DNA of 64,000 nt, from the NCBI GenBank assembly GCA_964611355.1, contig CAZSYD010000008.1:1-64000 (forward strand). Direction: 5' to 3'. The notes under the pieces were generated by a model that saw nothing but the letters and a program-made list of their open reading frames with translations, was not told where the DNA came from and did no database searches. A program made the position numbers and the translations under genes. Origin of the DNA: an uncultured Ignavibacteriales bacterium (GTDB lineage Bacteria; Zixibacteria; MSB-5A5; GN15; JAAZOE01). Positions 1-10,399 of the stretch are shown here, piece by piece; the stretch's first letter is position 1; every line of letters begins with the position of its first letter.

Positions 1-274
1 ACTTTGTAAATCGGAGTTTGATTTATATTTAATAAATAGTCAGGAGCGCAAGGCTCCTGATCTGCGGACTATTTCGCCCGGTGCGTCCGTTCCCGATTGT
101 GGAACTCAAGCTATCGGTCAAGTTCAGCCTTAAGATACTCGGTGTTATTGAAGATATTATCGCGAAAGATTGTCTCGCAAAACTTATCCGTTTTGAAGTT
201 TGATAGTCTTCGGGTTTGATGTTGCTCTAATAATAATTCGATGATACCTTGAAAACCGGAGGTCCTGGCAAGAG

Positions 275-2314
275 ATGATACGACAAATTGCTCCGATACT
301 GCGTCGGTTGCATTTGAATCTGCGGCGAACTGATCACATCTATATGGTACTGGTGGCGCTGGTGATTGGACTATTCGGCGGCTTGTGTGCCGTCGGCTTC
401 AGGGAACTGATACGCATTGGTCAACTCGCTGCCTGGTTTCAAAGTGGCAATTTAGTGGATCACATCCGTGGTCTGCCCTGGTGGTGGAAGCTTACTATCC
501 CGACTATCGGCGGCCTGTGCGTGGGTGTTATCACTTACTACTTCGCCCGTGAGGCCAAAGGGCATGGTGTACCTGAAGTCATGGAAGCGGTGGCGCTTCA
601 CGGCGGCCGCATCCGTCCCCGTGTAGTTATCGCCAAGATGGTGGCCTCCGGCATCTGTATTGCGACAGGGGGCTCGGTGGGGAGGGAAGGACCGATCGTT
701 CAAATCGGCTCGTCGCTTGGCTCAACGATTGGTCAATGGCTGAAGATCAACGAGCGACGCCTGCGTACCCTGGTCGGTTGTGGGGCGGCGGCAGGTATCG
801 CGGCGACTTTCAACGCTCCGGTGGCAGGGGCTTTGTTCGCAGTGGAAATAATCCTTGGCGACTTCGGCGTGTCCCAGTTTTCCCCGATTGTTATATCATC
901 GGTCATGGCTACCGTTGTAAGCCGGCATTTCCTCGGTGATTTTCCCGCGTTTGACGTACCCGCATACAGTCTTATCAGCCCCTTTGAGCTCCTTGTCTAT
1001 GCGGTTCTGGGTCTGATTACCGGTCTTGTGGCAGTAGCGTTTGTGAAAGCGTTGTACGGATTTGAAGATCTTTTCGACCGTATTTCACTCTATCCGCCGC
1101 TTAAAACCGTCATTGGAGGCGCCTGCATCGGTATAATTGCTCTGGCCTTTCCCGAAGTTCTGGGAGTTGGCTATGAGACGATAAATGAAGCCTTACGGGG
1201 AGGTATCGTATTAGAACTGCTCTTTTTTCTAATAATAATAAAGATATTTGCCGTATCAATCACTATTGGTTCAGGCGGCTCCGGTGGTATCTTTGCTCCC
1301 TCGCTCTTCATTGGCGCTATGACAGGTGGAGTTATCGGGGCTCTGGTTAATCTTCTTTGGCCCGGAGCCGTAGCCAGCCCCGGAGCGTATGCGCTTGTCG
1401 GCATGGGAGCCGTTGTCGCCGCCAGTACTCACGCTCCAATCACCGCTATTCTAATAATCTTCGAACTTACCAATGATTACAAGATCATCCTGCCGCTTAT
1501 GATCAGTTGTATTATCGCAACCGTCCTGGCGACCAGAGTCCAGAAGGCATCGATTTATACGCTTAAGCTGTTACGGCGGGGAGTTGATATCTATAAAGGG
1601 TACTCCGTCGATGTATTGCGGGGATTGAGAGTTAAGACTGTTATGCGTGAAGATTTTGCTACCGTTCCAGTCAACGCGCCATTGATGTCCGTTGTAGCTC
1701 AGTTCATAGGGCACCGGGGAGACTCAGTATTCGTGGTGGATGACAACCGTCGCCTTTGTGGTATTGTTACCCTGAGTGAAATCCGCCCCGTAATGGCTGA
1801 TACGCAATCGCTAAAAAGCCTGTTGATTGCCGAGGATTTGATGATCGAGAGTAGTTTCCCTGTCTTTAGCCCTGACGATAGCCTGGCGGATGTTATGAAG
1901 CAGTTGGGTCACCATGCATATAGCACTCCCGTGGTGCGTGATGGTGAGATCGTTGGAAGTATCTGGCCTGAAGATGTCATTACTCTGTATAATGCGGAGG
2001 TTTTCAAACGCGACATGGCTTCAGGTTTAGCCTCAACTGTCAACGGCGGGCCGGTGATGGCATCGATACCGGGCGTGAGTAGCGTAAGGATGGCAGAGGT
2101 CCGGATACCGTCTCAGTTTACCGGCAAGACGCTCGCAGAGATAAACATACGAAAACGTTTCGGTGTTACCGTTCTCCTGATAAAACGTAAAGCAAGAGGA
2201 AAGCAGGTATTGGCCGACACTATTCCCACTGCCGGTACGATCTTTAAGCCGGGCGACATCGTCCTGGCGATGGGCGCAGAATCGGACTTGACCCGGTTTG
2301 AGCGCGGCGGATAG
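275..2314 (+). CDS. ClC-family chloride channel/H+ antiporter with C-terminal CBS pair and TrkA-C (RCK_C) domain
   Basis: ClC motifs GHGVPE, GREGP, GAAAGIAATFNAP, GGIFAP; CBS-like segment (VVDDNRRLCGIVT); C-terminal GKTLAEINIRKRFGVTVLLIKR typical of TrkA-C. Confidence 0.93.
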   Translation: MIRQIAPILRRLHLNLRRTDHIYMVLVALVIGLFGGLCAVGFRELIRIGQLAAWFQSGNLVDHIRGLPWWWKLTIPTIGGLCVGVITYYFAREAKGHGVPEVMEAVALHGGRIRPRVVIAKMVASGICIATGGSVGREGPIVQIGSSLGSTIGQWLKINERRLRTLVGCGAAAGIAATFNAPVAGALFAVEIILGDFGVSQFSPIVISSVMATVVSRHFLGDFPAFDVPAYSLISPFELLVYAVLGLITGLVAVAFVKALYGFEDLFDRISLYPPLKTVIGGACIGIIALAFPEVLGVGYETINEALRGGIVLELLFFLIIIKIFAVSITIGSGGSGGIFAPSLFIGAMTGGVIGALVNLLWPGAVASPGAYALVGMGAVVAASTHAPITAILIIFELTNDYKIILPLMISCIIATVLATRVQKASIYTLKLLRRGVDIYKGYSVDVLRGLRVKTVMREDFATVPVNAPLMSVVAQFIGHRGDSVFVVDDNRRLCGIVTLSEIRPVMADTQSLKSLLIAEDLMIESSFPVFSPDDSLADVMKQLGHHAYSTPVVRDGEIVGSIWPEDVITLYNAEVFKRDMASGLASTVNGGPVMASIPGVSSVRMAEVRIPSQFTGKTLAEINIRKRFGVTVLLIKRKARGKQVLADTIPTAGTIFKPGDIVLAMGAESDLTRFERGG

Positions 2315-2723
2315 GCTGATATCTGACCCTCTTCATCGTTGGAAGTGCAAGTTATCTGAGGATGCTTGGTTGGCTTTTCCGGGGAAGGGCTATTTGACTG
2401 CCGGGATGACGCTGTAACGGAGGAATTCTTTGCCTGCCCGCGGTGTCGCCCGTGAAGAAGAAGTAATGGCCGAGTTTTGGGGGTATCGGCAACGATTGTT
2501 TGGAGAACGATCAAACGCAATTAAAGGGTTATTCATTCAGAAATATATTTGAATGAAATTTATCTTTTTGCTTTTGCATGGGGGTACGGTTTTGTTCTTT
2601 GGGTGATTTCAAGATATTATTAAGACTCGGCGGAAGTATTGCGCGTTTGGCCCCATATTTCTTTACGGCCTTTATCTTTTGTGTACCGGTCTTCGGGCAG
2701 AACCGTTATATTAACGCTGATCC

Positions 2724-3356
2724 TTGCAACTGCCTGATGCGGAGCGCCTGATAATGCGGTCATTCCCCACGGAATATGAATCGAAAAAAGAAGTTCTTTT
2801 TTATCCTCGCCAGCCCGAATTTTTTACCGACGATATTCTTGAAATCGGGCCCGGACGGGGCGATTTCCTCCTTTCGGCAGCCTTGCAATGTCCCGATAAA
2901 AAAATAGTCGCTGTTGAGCTGGGGGAAAAACGGTATTTCAAGTTGATTCCCCGGATCGAAAGAAGAGGGTTGACTAATATCCTTTTGATCCACGGCAACG
3001 CCCGTATTGTTCTACCTCGATATTTCCGGCCGGATAGTTTTGAAAAGATATATGTTCTTTTTCCAGATCCCTGGCCAAAGAAACGCCACATTCCTAACCG
3101 GCTGATGTCGGTGGAGTTTATTGAACTTCTGGTGGATTTGCTTCGGCCCGACGGCGAGCTTTATACGGCTACTGATTTCTGGCCGTATGCTGAAATGATA
3201 GTCGATGACGCCGGTCAGGTTTCCCGGCTGCGCAATCTTGGTTCGCCGTATTTTACAACCCTGGCGCATTTTCCCTACTATAATCCTTCTTTATACGAAC
3301 AAAAGTGGCAGGACGAGGGGCGGGCTATTTATTATATGCGTTTTAAGAAGCGGTAA
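2724..3356 (+). CDS. trmB: tRNA (guanine-N7)-methyltransferase
   Basis: LEIGPGRG SAM motif, FPDPWPKKRH signature, ATD motif, YEQK near the C-terminus; true start may be ATG 2754. Confidence 0.92.
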   Translation: MQLPDAERLIMRSFPTEYESKKEVLFYPRQPEFFTDDILEIGPGRGDFLLSAALQCPDKKIVAVELGEKRYFKLIPRIERRGLTNILLIHGNARIVLPRYFRPDSFEKIYVLFPDPWPKKRHIPNRLMSVEFIELLVDLLRPDGELYTATDFWPYAEMIVDDAGQVSRLRNLGSPYFTTLAHFPYYNPSLYEQKWQDEGRAIYYMRFKKR

Positions 3357-3390
3357 CCTGCAGGCGGTTTATTAAATCTTAATACAGGCC

Positions 3391-5979
3391 TTATCGCGGC
3401 ACAAGAAGGAAATTAATATCGCTGATGATATCGCCATCCTCGGTGGCCCTGACTTCGAAGTCTATCGATTCGGGCTGTGAAGCATATCCGTAATTGTTGA
3501 GCTGTTCCGGATCGAGCACGGCGCGATATTTGCCAGGGATCAGTCCAAGGTAATAGAAGTCGCCGTCATTGAACGTGGTTATTTTGGTTTTAGTTCCCTT
3601 GACCAGATTAATAACAATAATCTTTATACCGCCCGCGCCGACTTTTCCGAGGGTCAGCTGCCTCTGGACCATACCGCTGATCTCACCGGCCATAACAATC
3701 GGCACTTCGATGGCCGTTACCATATTCGGATTGAAGGAGACCCTGTAATTTTCGCTGGTCGGCTTCAGGAGCGGGTTGTCAAGGCTGCATTTATCGATCT
3801 GCACCAGATATTCGTCATAAGGATGCAGGCGGTCGTAATAATAGATATTTTCTTTGCCGACCGGTCGGCCGCCGGAACCGCGTACCCTGGCTCTCAATCC
3901 GGGAATCGGCTCGTCGGTTTCATCAAGGATGCCGTTGAAATTGTTGTCCAGAAAGGGACGCAGAACGGCCGACCCGTACCCCACGCCATTAAGGCGATCA
4001 AATCGCAGGGCGGCGGTTTCCTGGTCGTATTGAACCGATCCGCGCTGCATCTGGCTCATGGCTACATGGTAAGGCGAGGCCACCATGCGCGAGGTAAAAT
4101 GGGCAAAGTCGGTGAGCAGGTTCAAGGTTGCCATGATGAGGTTGGTGCCGGAAAGCTCATTCCGTTCGAAAGAGAACGTTAGTTGGCCGGTTCTGAATAT
4201 GCGTTTGGCGAGATGTATGCCGTACCTGTTCAGGAAACGATTCGAATGATCGTAGTCGAGACGAAACTGCGGTTGAAACCAGCGAAACAACTTGGCGGTG
4301 ATATACAGCTCGCTGGTCAGGTTTCTGTTGGTACGATCGGAATGGATAAAGGTGGATACTTTATATTTCCCGATATAACTGACGTGAAAGCGAGAAAACG
4401 AGCCGTTGACACCAAAGGCAGCGTTGGTAAAAGTCCTCTCCGGGAACTTGTCCATAGACAGGTTCAGCCTGATGCCGATTCGCCGGCCCTGGAATCTCAG
4501 CGGGGACGAGATTGAAAAAGATATATTGTTTATCTGGTTGAAGATATTGCGGAAATTATTTCTGTAATAGCGTGTGAATCCTCCGTTAACGCTGACAACG
4601 GAAGGTTTACTGTAATTCAGACCGGCATGCATGGCGTAATCGTTAATATAATATGTGTTGATAGTCATATTGCGAAGCGGCTGAAAGACGGCTTCACCGC
4701 CGTAGATCGGTTTCTCCTCATCGGTGGCGTCAAGCGGGACATCGGCTTCAATGCCGATTGTCAGGCGATGATCCAGACCGTAGAAATAGCCGGCCTGGGA
4801 ATAGAATCCATTATGCCCGTGGGTTTCGGCGTTACCCGTAGCCAGGGAGTATTCAAATTCGCCTTTTGGAATCAGGCTGTGAGGCACCCGGACATTTAGT
4901 TCCTCGGTTTTGTACTCCCCGTTTGGACCGAACATTTTCAGCGTGATAGTGGAAGCCCCATAAAAGATATCAACGTTGAAATCATAATTTCCGCTCTCAT
5001 CAGTGCGCATAAAATCGATCAATTTGCCATCTACGTAAAGCTCGACCTCCCAACCTTCCCCCAGTTCGCCCGACAAATCGATTGTTTGAAAGTACTTACG
5101 GCGCACCTGAGGTTTATTGGTTATCAGGAAACCTTTCATTGATCTTGAAAAAGGTCCGCCCGGGAATATATGGCCGGCTTCAATCTGGGTTAGATACGGG
5201 GAATTGTTGAGAAAGTAGTGCCAGTGATATCGGGCTTGGCGCCAGCCAATGCCGTTTCTTGTGTTTCCTCCGCCGGATAAGGTTAAGTCCCCGCCGAGTA
5301 GCATACTGCCTGCGTTGAGATCAAAATACTGTGTTTTCCGGTTACCGAGAGGCGTGGCGGTAATGAGCCAGTCGATAACGCCCCCTTTCAGGTATTCCCG
5401 CCTGAAAGGCAGTTGTTCAATGTCCTTGAGCGCGATCTCCTTTGATTCCAGTTTGTCATGTTCTTTTTTTCGTTTAAGTTTCTTATAGACCGGAAATTCT
5501 TCGTTCAAGGGGAGCAGCACGCGCAGTTGCGAAAATTCAAATTCCATCTTAAGACCGAAGAAAGTCCCGAAAAGATCAAGGCGCAGGTAAAGGCCGAGAT
5601 CGGTGTAGAAATAATCTTTCTTCTGTAAAATATGTTTTTCTCCCAGAGCCTCAACCAGGCTTTTATCGAGATTTATCTCGTACTTGTCGTCCCCGGTATA
5701 CATGTACCCGTGAAACATACGACCGCTGAGGTCCCGAGTGACGTTTATTTCCAGTACCTGGAAGATTTCCATAAACGGCAGATATATCGTCTGCCCGTCA
5801 TATTGAACGAAAATATCCTTTTTGATTAGATTGGGGACTTCGAAGTTGATAACGATTTCCTCAAGATAATCGTTATCCTGGGAGATAGCAGGCGTTGCCG
5901 CCGTCAGAAGTATGACAGGCAACAGCGCAAAACAGATAAGATACGTTTTGCCCGGTTTCTTGAAGGCGTATAAATCCAT
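3391..5979 (-). CDS. outer-membrane usher-like protein of an atypical chaperone-usher pilus system
   Basis: Signal peptide, beta-rich ~860 aa, plug-like segment WEVELYVDG...GNYDFNVDIFYG...LKMFGPNGE, C-terminal FLDNNFNG and carboxypeptidase-regulatory-like domains; lies downstream of chaperone and pilins. ORF track start is 6045; ATG 5979 is more likely. Confidence 0.7.
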   Translation of the reverse strand: MDLYAFKKPGKTYLICFALLPVILLTAATPAISQDNDYLEEIVINFEVPNLIKKDIFVQYDGQTIYLPFMEIFQVLEINVTRDLSGRMFHGYMYTGDDKYEINLDKSLVEALGEKHILQKKDYFYTDLGLYLRLDLFGTFFGLKMEFEFSQLRVLLPLNEEFPVYKKLKRKKEHDKLESKEIALKDIEQLPFRREYLKGGVIDWLITATPLGNRKTQYFDLNAGSMLLGGDLTLSGGGNTRNGIGWRQARYHWHYFLNNSPYLTQIEAGHIFPGGPFSRSMKGFLITNKPQVRRKYFQTIDLSGELGEGWEVELYVDGKLIDFMRTDESGNYDFNVDIFYGASTITLKMFGPNGEYKTEELNVRVPHSLIPKGEFEYSLATGNAETHGHNGFYSQAGYFYGLDHRLTIGIEADVPLDATDEEKPIYGGEAVFQPLRNMTINTYYINDYAMHAGLNYSKPSVVSVNGGFTRYYRNNFRNIFNQINNISFSISSPLRFQGRRIGIRLNLSMDKFPERTFTNAAFGVNGSFSRFHVSYIGKYKVSTFIHSDRTNRNLTSELYITAKLFRWFQPQFRLDYDHSNRFLNRYGIHLAKRIFRTGQLTFSFERNELSGTNLIMATLNLLTDFAHFTSRMVASPYHVAMSQMQRGSVQYDQETAALRFDRLNGVGYGSAVLRPFLDNNFNGILDETDEPIPGLRARVRGSGGRPVGKENIYYYDRLHPYDEYLVQIDKCSLDNPLLKPTSENYRVSFNPNMVTAIEVPIVMAGEISGMVQRQLTLGKVGAGGIKIIVINLVKGTKTKITTFNDGDFYYLGLIPGKYRAVLDPEQLNNYGYASQPESIDFEVRATEDGDIISDINFLLVPR

Positions 5980-6013
5980 ATGTTTATTCCGGTCAGACAG
6001 CCGATTATTGCAA

Positions 6014-6895
6014 TCATTCAATGACCATTGACCAGTTAATATCATTACCGTATATCATATCCTCTCTTGGAATATCTTTTCGCTCCTTGCTGCTGATGGA
6101 CAGTTCCACTTTGTACGGTTTTTTGAAATCGCCTTCGATGACAGGCAGATCCACCCTGCGTCTCAAATCGCGATAGACGGCAATATCGATTTTTCTGCGG
6201 CTTATCTGTCGGTTGTCGGCGTCAAGAAGACGACATCTGAGAACGGCGAGGTAGGAGGCATTGCCCCGGTTGGCCAGATCGAGCATGACTTCAACCAGCG
6301 AATCGGTTTGTCTGGTCTCGGCCCCGGTCAGTTCGATTTGAGCGACCTGATCCCCGGTCCGGTACTTGATCATAACGGCGGTCCGCATAATCATATTGAG
6401 TTTGGTAATAATCTTGTTATTATCTCCTGGCAGCGGGAGGGTCGTTTCTCCCTCCTCGGAACGCACTACGATCCTGGCCCAATATTCGCCGTCGGTGAGA
6501 CCCTTGGGCGGATTGGCTACCACCCGAACAACCTGCGATCCTCGCGGAGGAACAATAACTTTGCGCGGAAAAGCCTTGACCCAGTCCACGGCCGAACGAG
6601 GATCGGTAACATTTGAGTCCTGCAAAGTGATGCGTACATTTCCAAGGCTGTCTGAAATCGGCAGGCCGAAACTGAAGCTGACGGTGACTTCGGTCGGCTT
6701 GTCGGTAGGATTTTCAATATTGAGCCGACCGGTCCGTTTCTTGTCCGAAAGGACGACCACCGTGGGCGCCACGAGGACACCGGCACTCAAGTCGAGGGCG
6801 GCTAGGAATAGAAATACCAAGATAAATAGAACGCCCCCCGTCTTAGTTACAGACTTAGGCGGGGGGGAGGAGTTGGAGCTTTGCATCTTTACCAT
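6014..6895 (-). CDS. PapD-like periplasmic pilus chaperone
   Basis: Signal peptide, VLVAPTVVVL, FPRKVIVPPRGSQVVRV, DGEYWARIVV, LANRGNA motifs. Confidence 0.78.
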   Translation of the reverse strand: MVKMQSSNSSPPPKSVTKTGGVLFILVFLFLAALDLSAGVLVAPTVVVLSDKKRTGRLNIENPTDKPTEVTVSFSFGLPISDSLGNVRITLQDSNVTDPRSAVDWVKAFPRKVIVPPRGSQVVRVVANPPKGLTDGEYWARIVVRSEEGETTLPLPGDNNKIITKLNMIMRTAVMIKYRTGDQVAQIELTGAETRQTDSLVEVMLDLANRGNASYLAVLRCRLLDADNRQISRRKIDIAVYRDLRRRVDLPVIEGDFKKPYKVELSISSKERKDIPREDMIYGNDINWSMVIE

Positions 6896-7005
6896 CCCAT
6901 CCTATGTTTGGCTTTCCAAAAGCTCCGATTCGGGACCGGCTGTCCATAACCGTTCCGAAAAGGAGGTAAATTTTGAGGCCGTTTTAACCCGGCCTTTGAC
7001 GAAAA

Positions 7006-7569
7006 CTATACCCCGGTGTAAGCCACCGTCAAGATAATACTGCCGGTGTAACTGCCCGCTGTCTGGTCAACCGTAGGAATTATCTTGCCGCCGATGTAAA
7101 CGCCGCAGAACCCGTTGTCACTCAAGTTCACGCCGTCCGGCAGGTTGTATGGGTCTATACCGACGTAACCACCAACGGCCCCCGTGGGGTCTCCCGGAGA
7201 GGCCGCCAGGGCGGTATCGATTGTGCAGTCAGTTGTACTGAAAGCGATTACCATTCGATCCGAATCACCGGCAATGGAGATATACTCCGGCATCTGCAGG
7301 TAGCATGATATACCGGCATTAACCTGACCGGATATAGTGAAAATGCCCGCCTCGGCAACTGTCCGAGCGATCACTACCGGCACACCCTGGTAGGTTGTTC
7401 CGAAGGCGAGCGCTGAAGTGGCGACAACAGCAAGAGCGGTTGCAATTGTGGCTGTGGCCGATCCGGTGGCCACGTCCTGCGCCATTACCATCGAGGGGTT
7501 GACCAGAAATATCACGGCCATACACAGGATGATGGCTGACGGCAACGTTGTCCTTGAAAATCCAAGCAT
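7006..7569 (-). CDS. pilin subunit (DUF4402/Csu-like)
   Basis: Signal peptide ending AQ, LAFG motif, C-terminal GSYTGSIILTVAY. Confidence 0.75.
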   Translation of the reverse strand: MLGFSRTTLPSAIILCMAVIFLVNPSMVMAQDVATGSATATIATALAVVATSALAFGTTYQGVPVVIARTVAEAGIFTISGQVNAGISCYLQMPEYISIAGDSDRMVIAFSTTDCTIDTALAASPGDPTGAVGGYVGIDPYNLPDGVNLSDNGFCGVYIGGKIIPTVDQTAGSYTGSIILTVAYTGV

Positions 7570-7652
7570 TTCTTTCTCCCTCTGTTTGATTGGGAAATAA
7601 CCCGTTATATACTTCGTTTATTTCTTTTTCTCTGTTTTTTTACTCTGTCCAT

Positions 7653-8219
7653 TTAGGTACCGGTATATGCCACCGTCAGGACAATACTGCCGGTGTAACT
7701 GCCGGCGGTTTGGTCAACCGTAGGAATTATCTTGCCGCCGATGTAAACGCCGCAGAATCCGTTGTCGCTCAAGTTCACGCCGTCCGGCAGGTTGTACGGG
7801 TCTATTCCGACGTAACCACCAACGGCCCCCGTGGGGTCTCCCGGAGAGGCCGCCAGGGCGGTATCGATTGTGCAGTCAGTGGTACTGAAAGCAATCACCA
7901 TTCGATCCGAATCACCGGCGATGGAGATATACTCCGGCATCTGCAGGTAGCATGATATACCGGCGTTAGCCTGCCCGGATATGGTGAAAACGCCCGCCTC
8001 GGCAACTGTCCGAGCGATCACTATGGGTACGCCCTGATAGGTGGTCCCGAAGGCGAGCGGTGAAGTGGCAGTAACGGCAAGAGCCGTTTGGATTGTGGCA
8101 GTAATAGACCCAACAGCCACGTCCTGGGCCGTTGCGGTTGACGGTATCGCGGGTATAATCAGGGCAATTGCGATGACAGCGATTCCCATCATCCGAATTG
8201 ATTTTGATGGTTTTTTCAT
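7653..8219 (-). CDS. pilin subunit (DUF4402/Csu-like), close paralog of 7006..7569
   Basis: Same motifs; C-terminal half almost identical to 7006..7569. Confidence 0.75.
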   Translation of the reverse strand: MKKPSKSIRMMGIAVIAIALIIPAIPSTATAQDVAVGSITATIQTALAVTATSPLAFGTTYQGVPIVIARTVAEAGVFTISGQANAGISCYLQMPEYISIAGDSDRMVIAFSTTDCTIDTALAASPGDPTGAVGGYVGIDPYNLPDGVNLSDNGFCGVYIGGKIIPTVDQTAGSYTGSIVLTVAYTGT

Positions 8220-8448
8220 TTCTGCTCCTATTCTGTCAAAATATGAAATTCATATTCCTGTCCTTGTTCTTGTTTTACAAATCGTCAATCAGTTCAAAAT
8301 CTTTACAGTTATTGCAAAAAAAAAGAGGCGAAATACCAGATTTTTTTATCTCTTGCGATTCGCCATGGCAGAAGGCGGTAGCTTTTAATAGGGATTCGAT
8401 AAAAAGATTCGTCAAGAATTCGAAACAGGTAAAGATTCCAATTTGGCC

Positions 8449-8475
8449 AAAAAAAAGGAGAGCCAAGGACTCTCC
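8449..8475 (-). terminator. intrinsic terminator after pilin 8504..9073
   Basis: Minus strand GGAGAG-tccttgg-CTCTCC followed by T8. Confidence 0.65.
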
Positions 8476-8503
8476 CGTTGTAATCGTCTCTTATCGTTGG
8501 TTA

Positions 8504-9073
8504 TTATGTGCCGGTATAGGCAACGGTCAACACGATGCTGCCGGTATAGTTGCCGGCCGTTTGGTCTATTGAGGGAAAGATTTTACCGCCGATGTAAACC
8601 CCGCAGAAGCCGTTATCGCTAAGGTTGACCCCGGAAGGGAGATTGTGCGGATCAACCCCGATATAACCGTCAATGGCGCCGCCGGTCGGGTCTCCCGGGG
8701 AAGCAGCCAGGGCGGTATCAACGGTACAGTCGGTAGTTGAAAATGTTATGAGCATACGGTCAGAGTCGCCGGCAACAGAGATGTACTCCGGCAAATAGAG
8801 ATATAGGTCAATACCGGCGTTGTTTGCCCCGGAAATGGTGAAAACGCCGGCGTCGACCACTGTTCTGGCGACTTCGTTGGGGACACCCTGATAGGTATTG
8901 CCGAAGGCCAGAGGCGAGGTGGCGGTAACCGATAGTGCGGCCAGGATGGTTGCCGTTGCCAGGCCATTGGCAACGTCCTGCGCCATGGCGATTTCTGCGG
9001 GCAGTAATAAAAACAATAACGCCGATACGGCAAATAAAGAGACTAATCTTGACAAGAATTTGTGCGTGCCCAT
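8504..9073 (-). CDS. pilin subunit (DUF4402/Csu-like)
   Basis: Signal peptide, PLAFG, GNYTGSIVLTVAY; paralog of the two downstream pilins. Confidence 0.75.
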   Translation of the reverse strand: MGTHKFLSRLVSLFAVSALLFLLLPAEIAMAQDVANGLATATILAALSVTATSPLAFGNTYQGVPNEVARTVVDAGVFTISGANNAGIDLYLYLPEYISVAGDSDRMLITFSTTDCTVDTALAASPGDPTGGAIDGYIGVDPHNLPSGVNLSDNGFCGVYIGGKIFPSIDQTAGNYTGSIVLTVAYTGT

Positions 9074-9252
9074 TTTAGTGCTCCCCTAATAATTCCCTGT
9101 TACCCTGTGAAACTGCGTCAGGCAACGGTTTACGCAGTACTCTCCTCTGTAAGATAATCGTCCAATTCGCGGCGAAATACCATATTTTGAGGCTAGAAAC
9201 AAACCGTCTGCGTGAAGGTTGTTTGATCGATGAGCAGATCAAAAGAAAGGCA

Positions 9253-9726
9253 TCAGTTGCCGGTCGGCGTTACCGTCAAAACAAGGGTGGCAGAATAGTC
9301 GCCCGAAGGTTGACTTATTTTGGGAATGGCCATTCCGCCCAACCAGATTGTCAGACCGCTGGATCCGAGACGGTAGGTTATCGGGTGCCATGGATCAAGG
9401 TTATCATATCCCGGATTGCTCTGATCCGGCGTGGCGCTTGAATCCATGGCGCAATCGGTTTCCGAAAAGACGAGTTGAATATTGTTGCCGCCTGAGTTCA
9501 TATAGGTCGGCAGGGTGAATTCGATGCTCATTTCGTCGCCTGCAACGCCGGTGACTAAAAATTCGGCCGCCGCGCCGGCGTCGTATTTCGAGACGGTCTT
9601 GGGAATGCTGGGATAAACGTTGCCAAAGCGTAAAGGAGAAATAGCGGTGGCATTTTGGGCATATAATTGAACGCCCAATACGCAAAACACCATAGAGAAA
9701 ATAAGAGGGGCCACTTTGCCGGACAT
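9253..9726 (-). CDS. pilin-like subunit (DUF4402-like)
   Basis: Signal peptide, PLRFG, C-terminal GDYSATLVLTV. Confidence 0.7.
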   Translation of the reverse strand: MSGKVAPLIFSMVFCVLGVQLYAQNATAISPLRFGNVYPSIPKTVSKYDAGAAAEFLVTGVAGDEMSIEFTLPTYMNSGGNNIQLVFSETDCAMDSSATPDQSNPGYDNLDPWHPITYRLGSSGLTIWLGGMAIPKISQPSGDYSATLVLTVTPTGN

Positions 9727-9803
9727 AAATCTCCCCTGATAATCGCTATTAAGTTATAACTGTTGATTAGGTAAGTCAATAATAAATCGGATCCTGTATG
9801 GTC

Positions 9804-10274
9804 CTATATGCCGGCGCAGATTACCGTAATCACCAAATCGGAATTCCCGGGCGGTATTGCCTGCATTAAAAAAGCCAAGTCCAAAACAGCCACCTGCCCA
9901 GAGCGCCGGACAAAGGCCGATACGTTTTTTGTCGGTTCATAATGGGCGGTATAAAACTCGTTACTTTTATAATCAGCGGAGGTAACCTGCAGGATTACGT
10001 TGTTTAAATTGGGGGACATTATGATTCTAAGCAAAGACGAATCGGCAAGACACTCGTTTGACTGCCCCCAAAATGGAAAACCGATACCCGCCTCAGCCGA
10101 TGCGGATGATTCTTCAGGGAAGGTTATTATTCCGGCCGGTCGCTCCACCCTGGCCACGGCGGAGATGGTTGCTGAAGCCGGCATTCTTGGAGTCTCTGCA
10201 AAAACTAAATGAACGGCGAAACTGCAGCATAAGGTTGCCAAAAGCAGAAGATATGAAAAGGATCGCAGGCTCAT
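9804..10274 (-). CDS. secreted hypothetical protein, possibly a divergent minor pilin
   Basis: Signal peptide, ASATISAVARV strand, C-terminal LVITV; co-oriented within the pilin cluster. Confidence 0.5.
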   Translation of the reverse strand: MSLRSFSYLLLLATLCCSFAVHLVFAETPRMPASATISAVARVERPAGIITFPEESSASAEAGIGFPFWGQSNECLADSSLLRIIMSPNLNNVILQVTSADYKSNEFYTAHYEPTKNVSAFVRRSGQVAVLDLAFLMQAIPPGNSDLVITVICAGI

Positions 10275-10399
10275 TACGGTATCTGACGTTATCTTGTGGG
10301 TACGTTTTCAAGATACCGCAGATACCTGTATTGTCAAGGCAATACCGGTCTATAAGGCATTTATGGACTCGGAATCGGTATTTTTGTTCAGACCTTGTG

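Noticed and set aside
1..274. Fluoride riboswitch or ClC-F exporter
   Set aside because: No crcB-motif consensus recognised; the protein has GREGP/GGIFAP rather than the ClC-F GREGT/GEVTP signatures
8316..8324. Poly-A tract as a phase-variation switch
   Set aside because: Only 9 nt in AT-rich intergenic DNA, with no identifiable promoter elements bracketing it
7006..9073. Diversity-generating retroelement template/variable repeat pair among the pilins
   Set aside because: Differences are mostly synonymous rather than adenine-specific, all copies are intact genes, and there is no reverse transcriptase nearby
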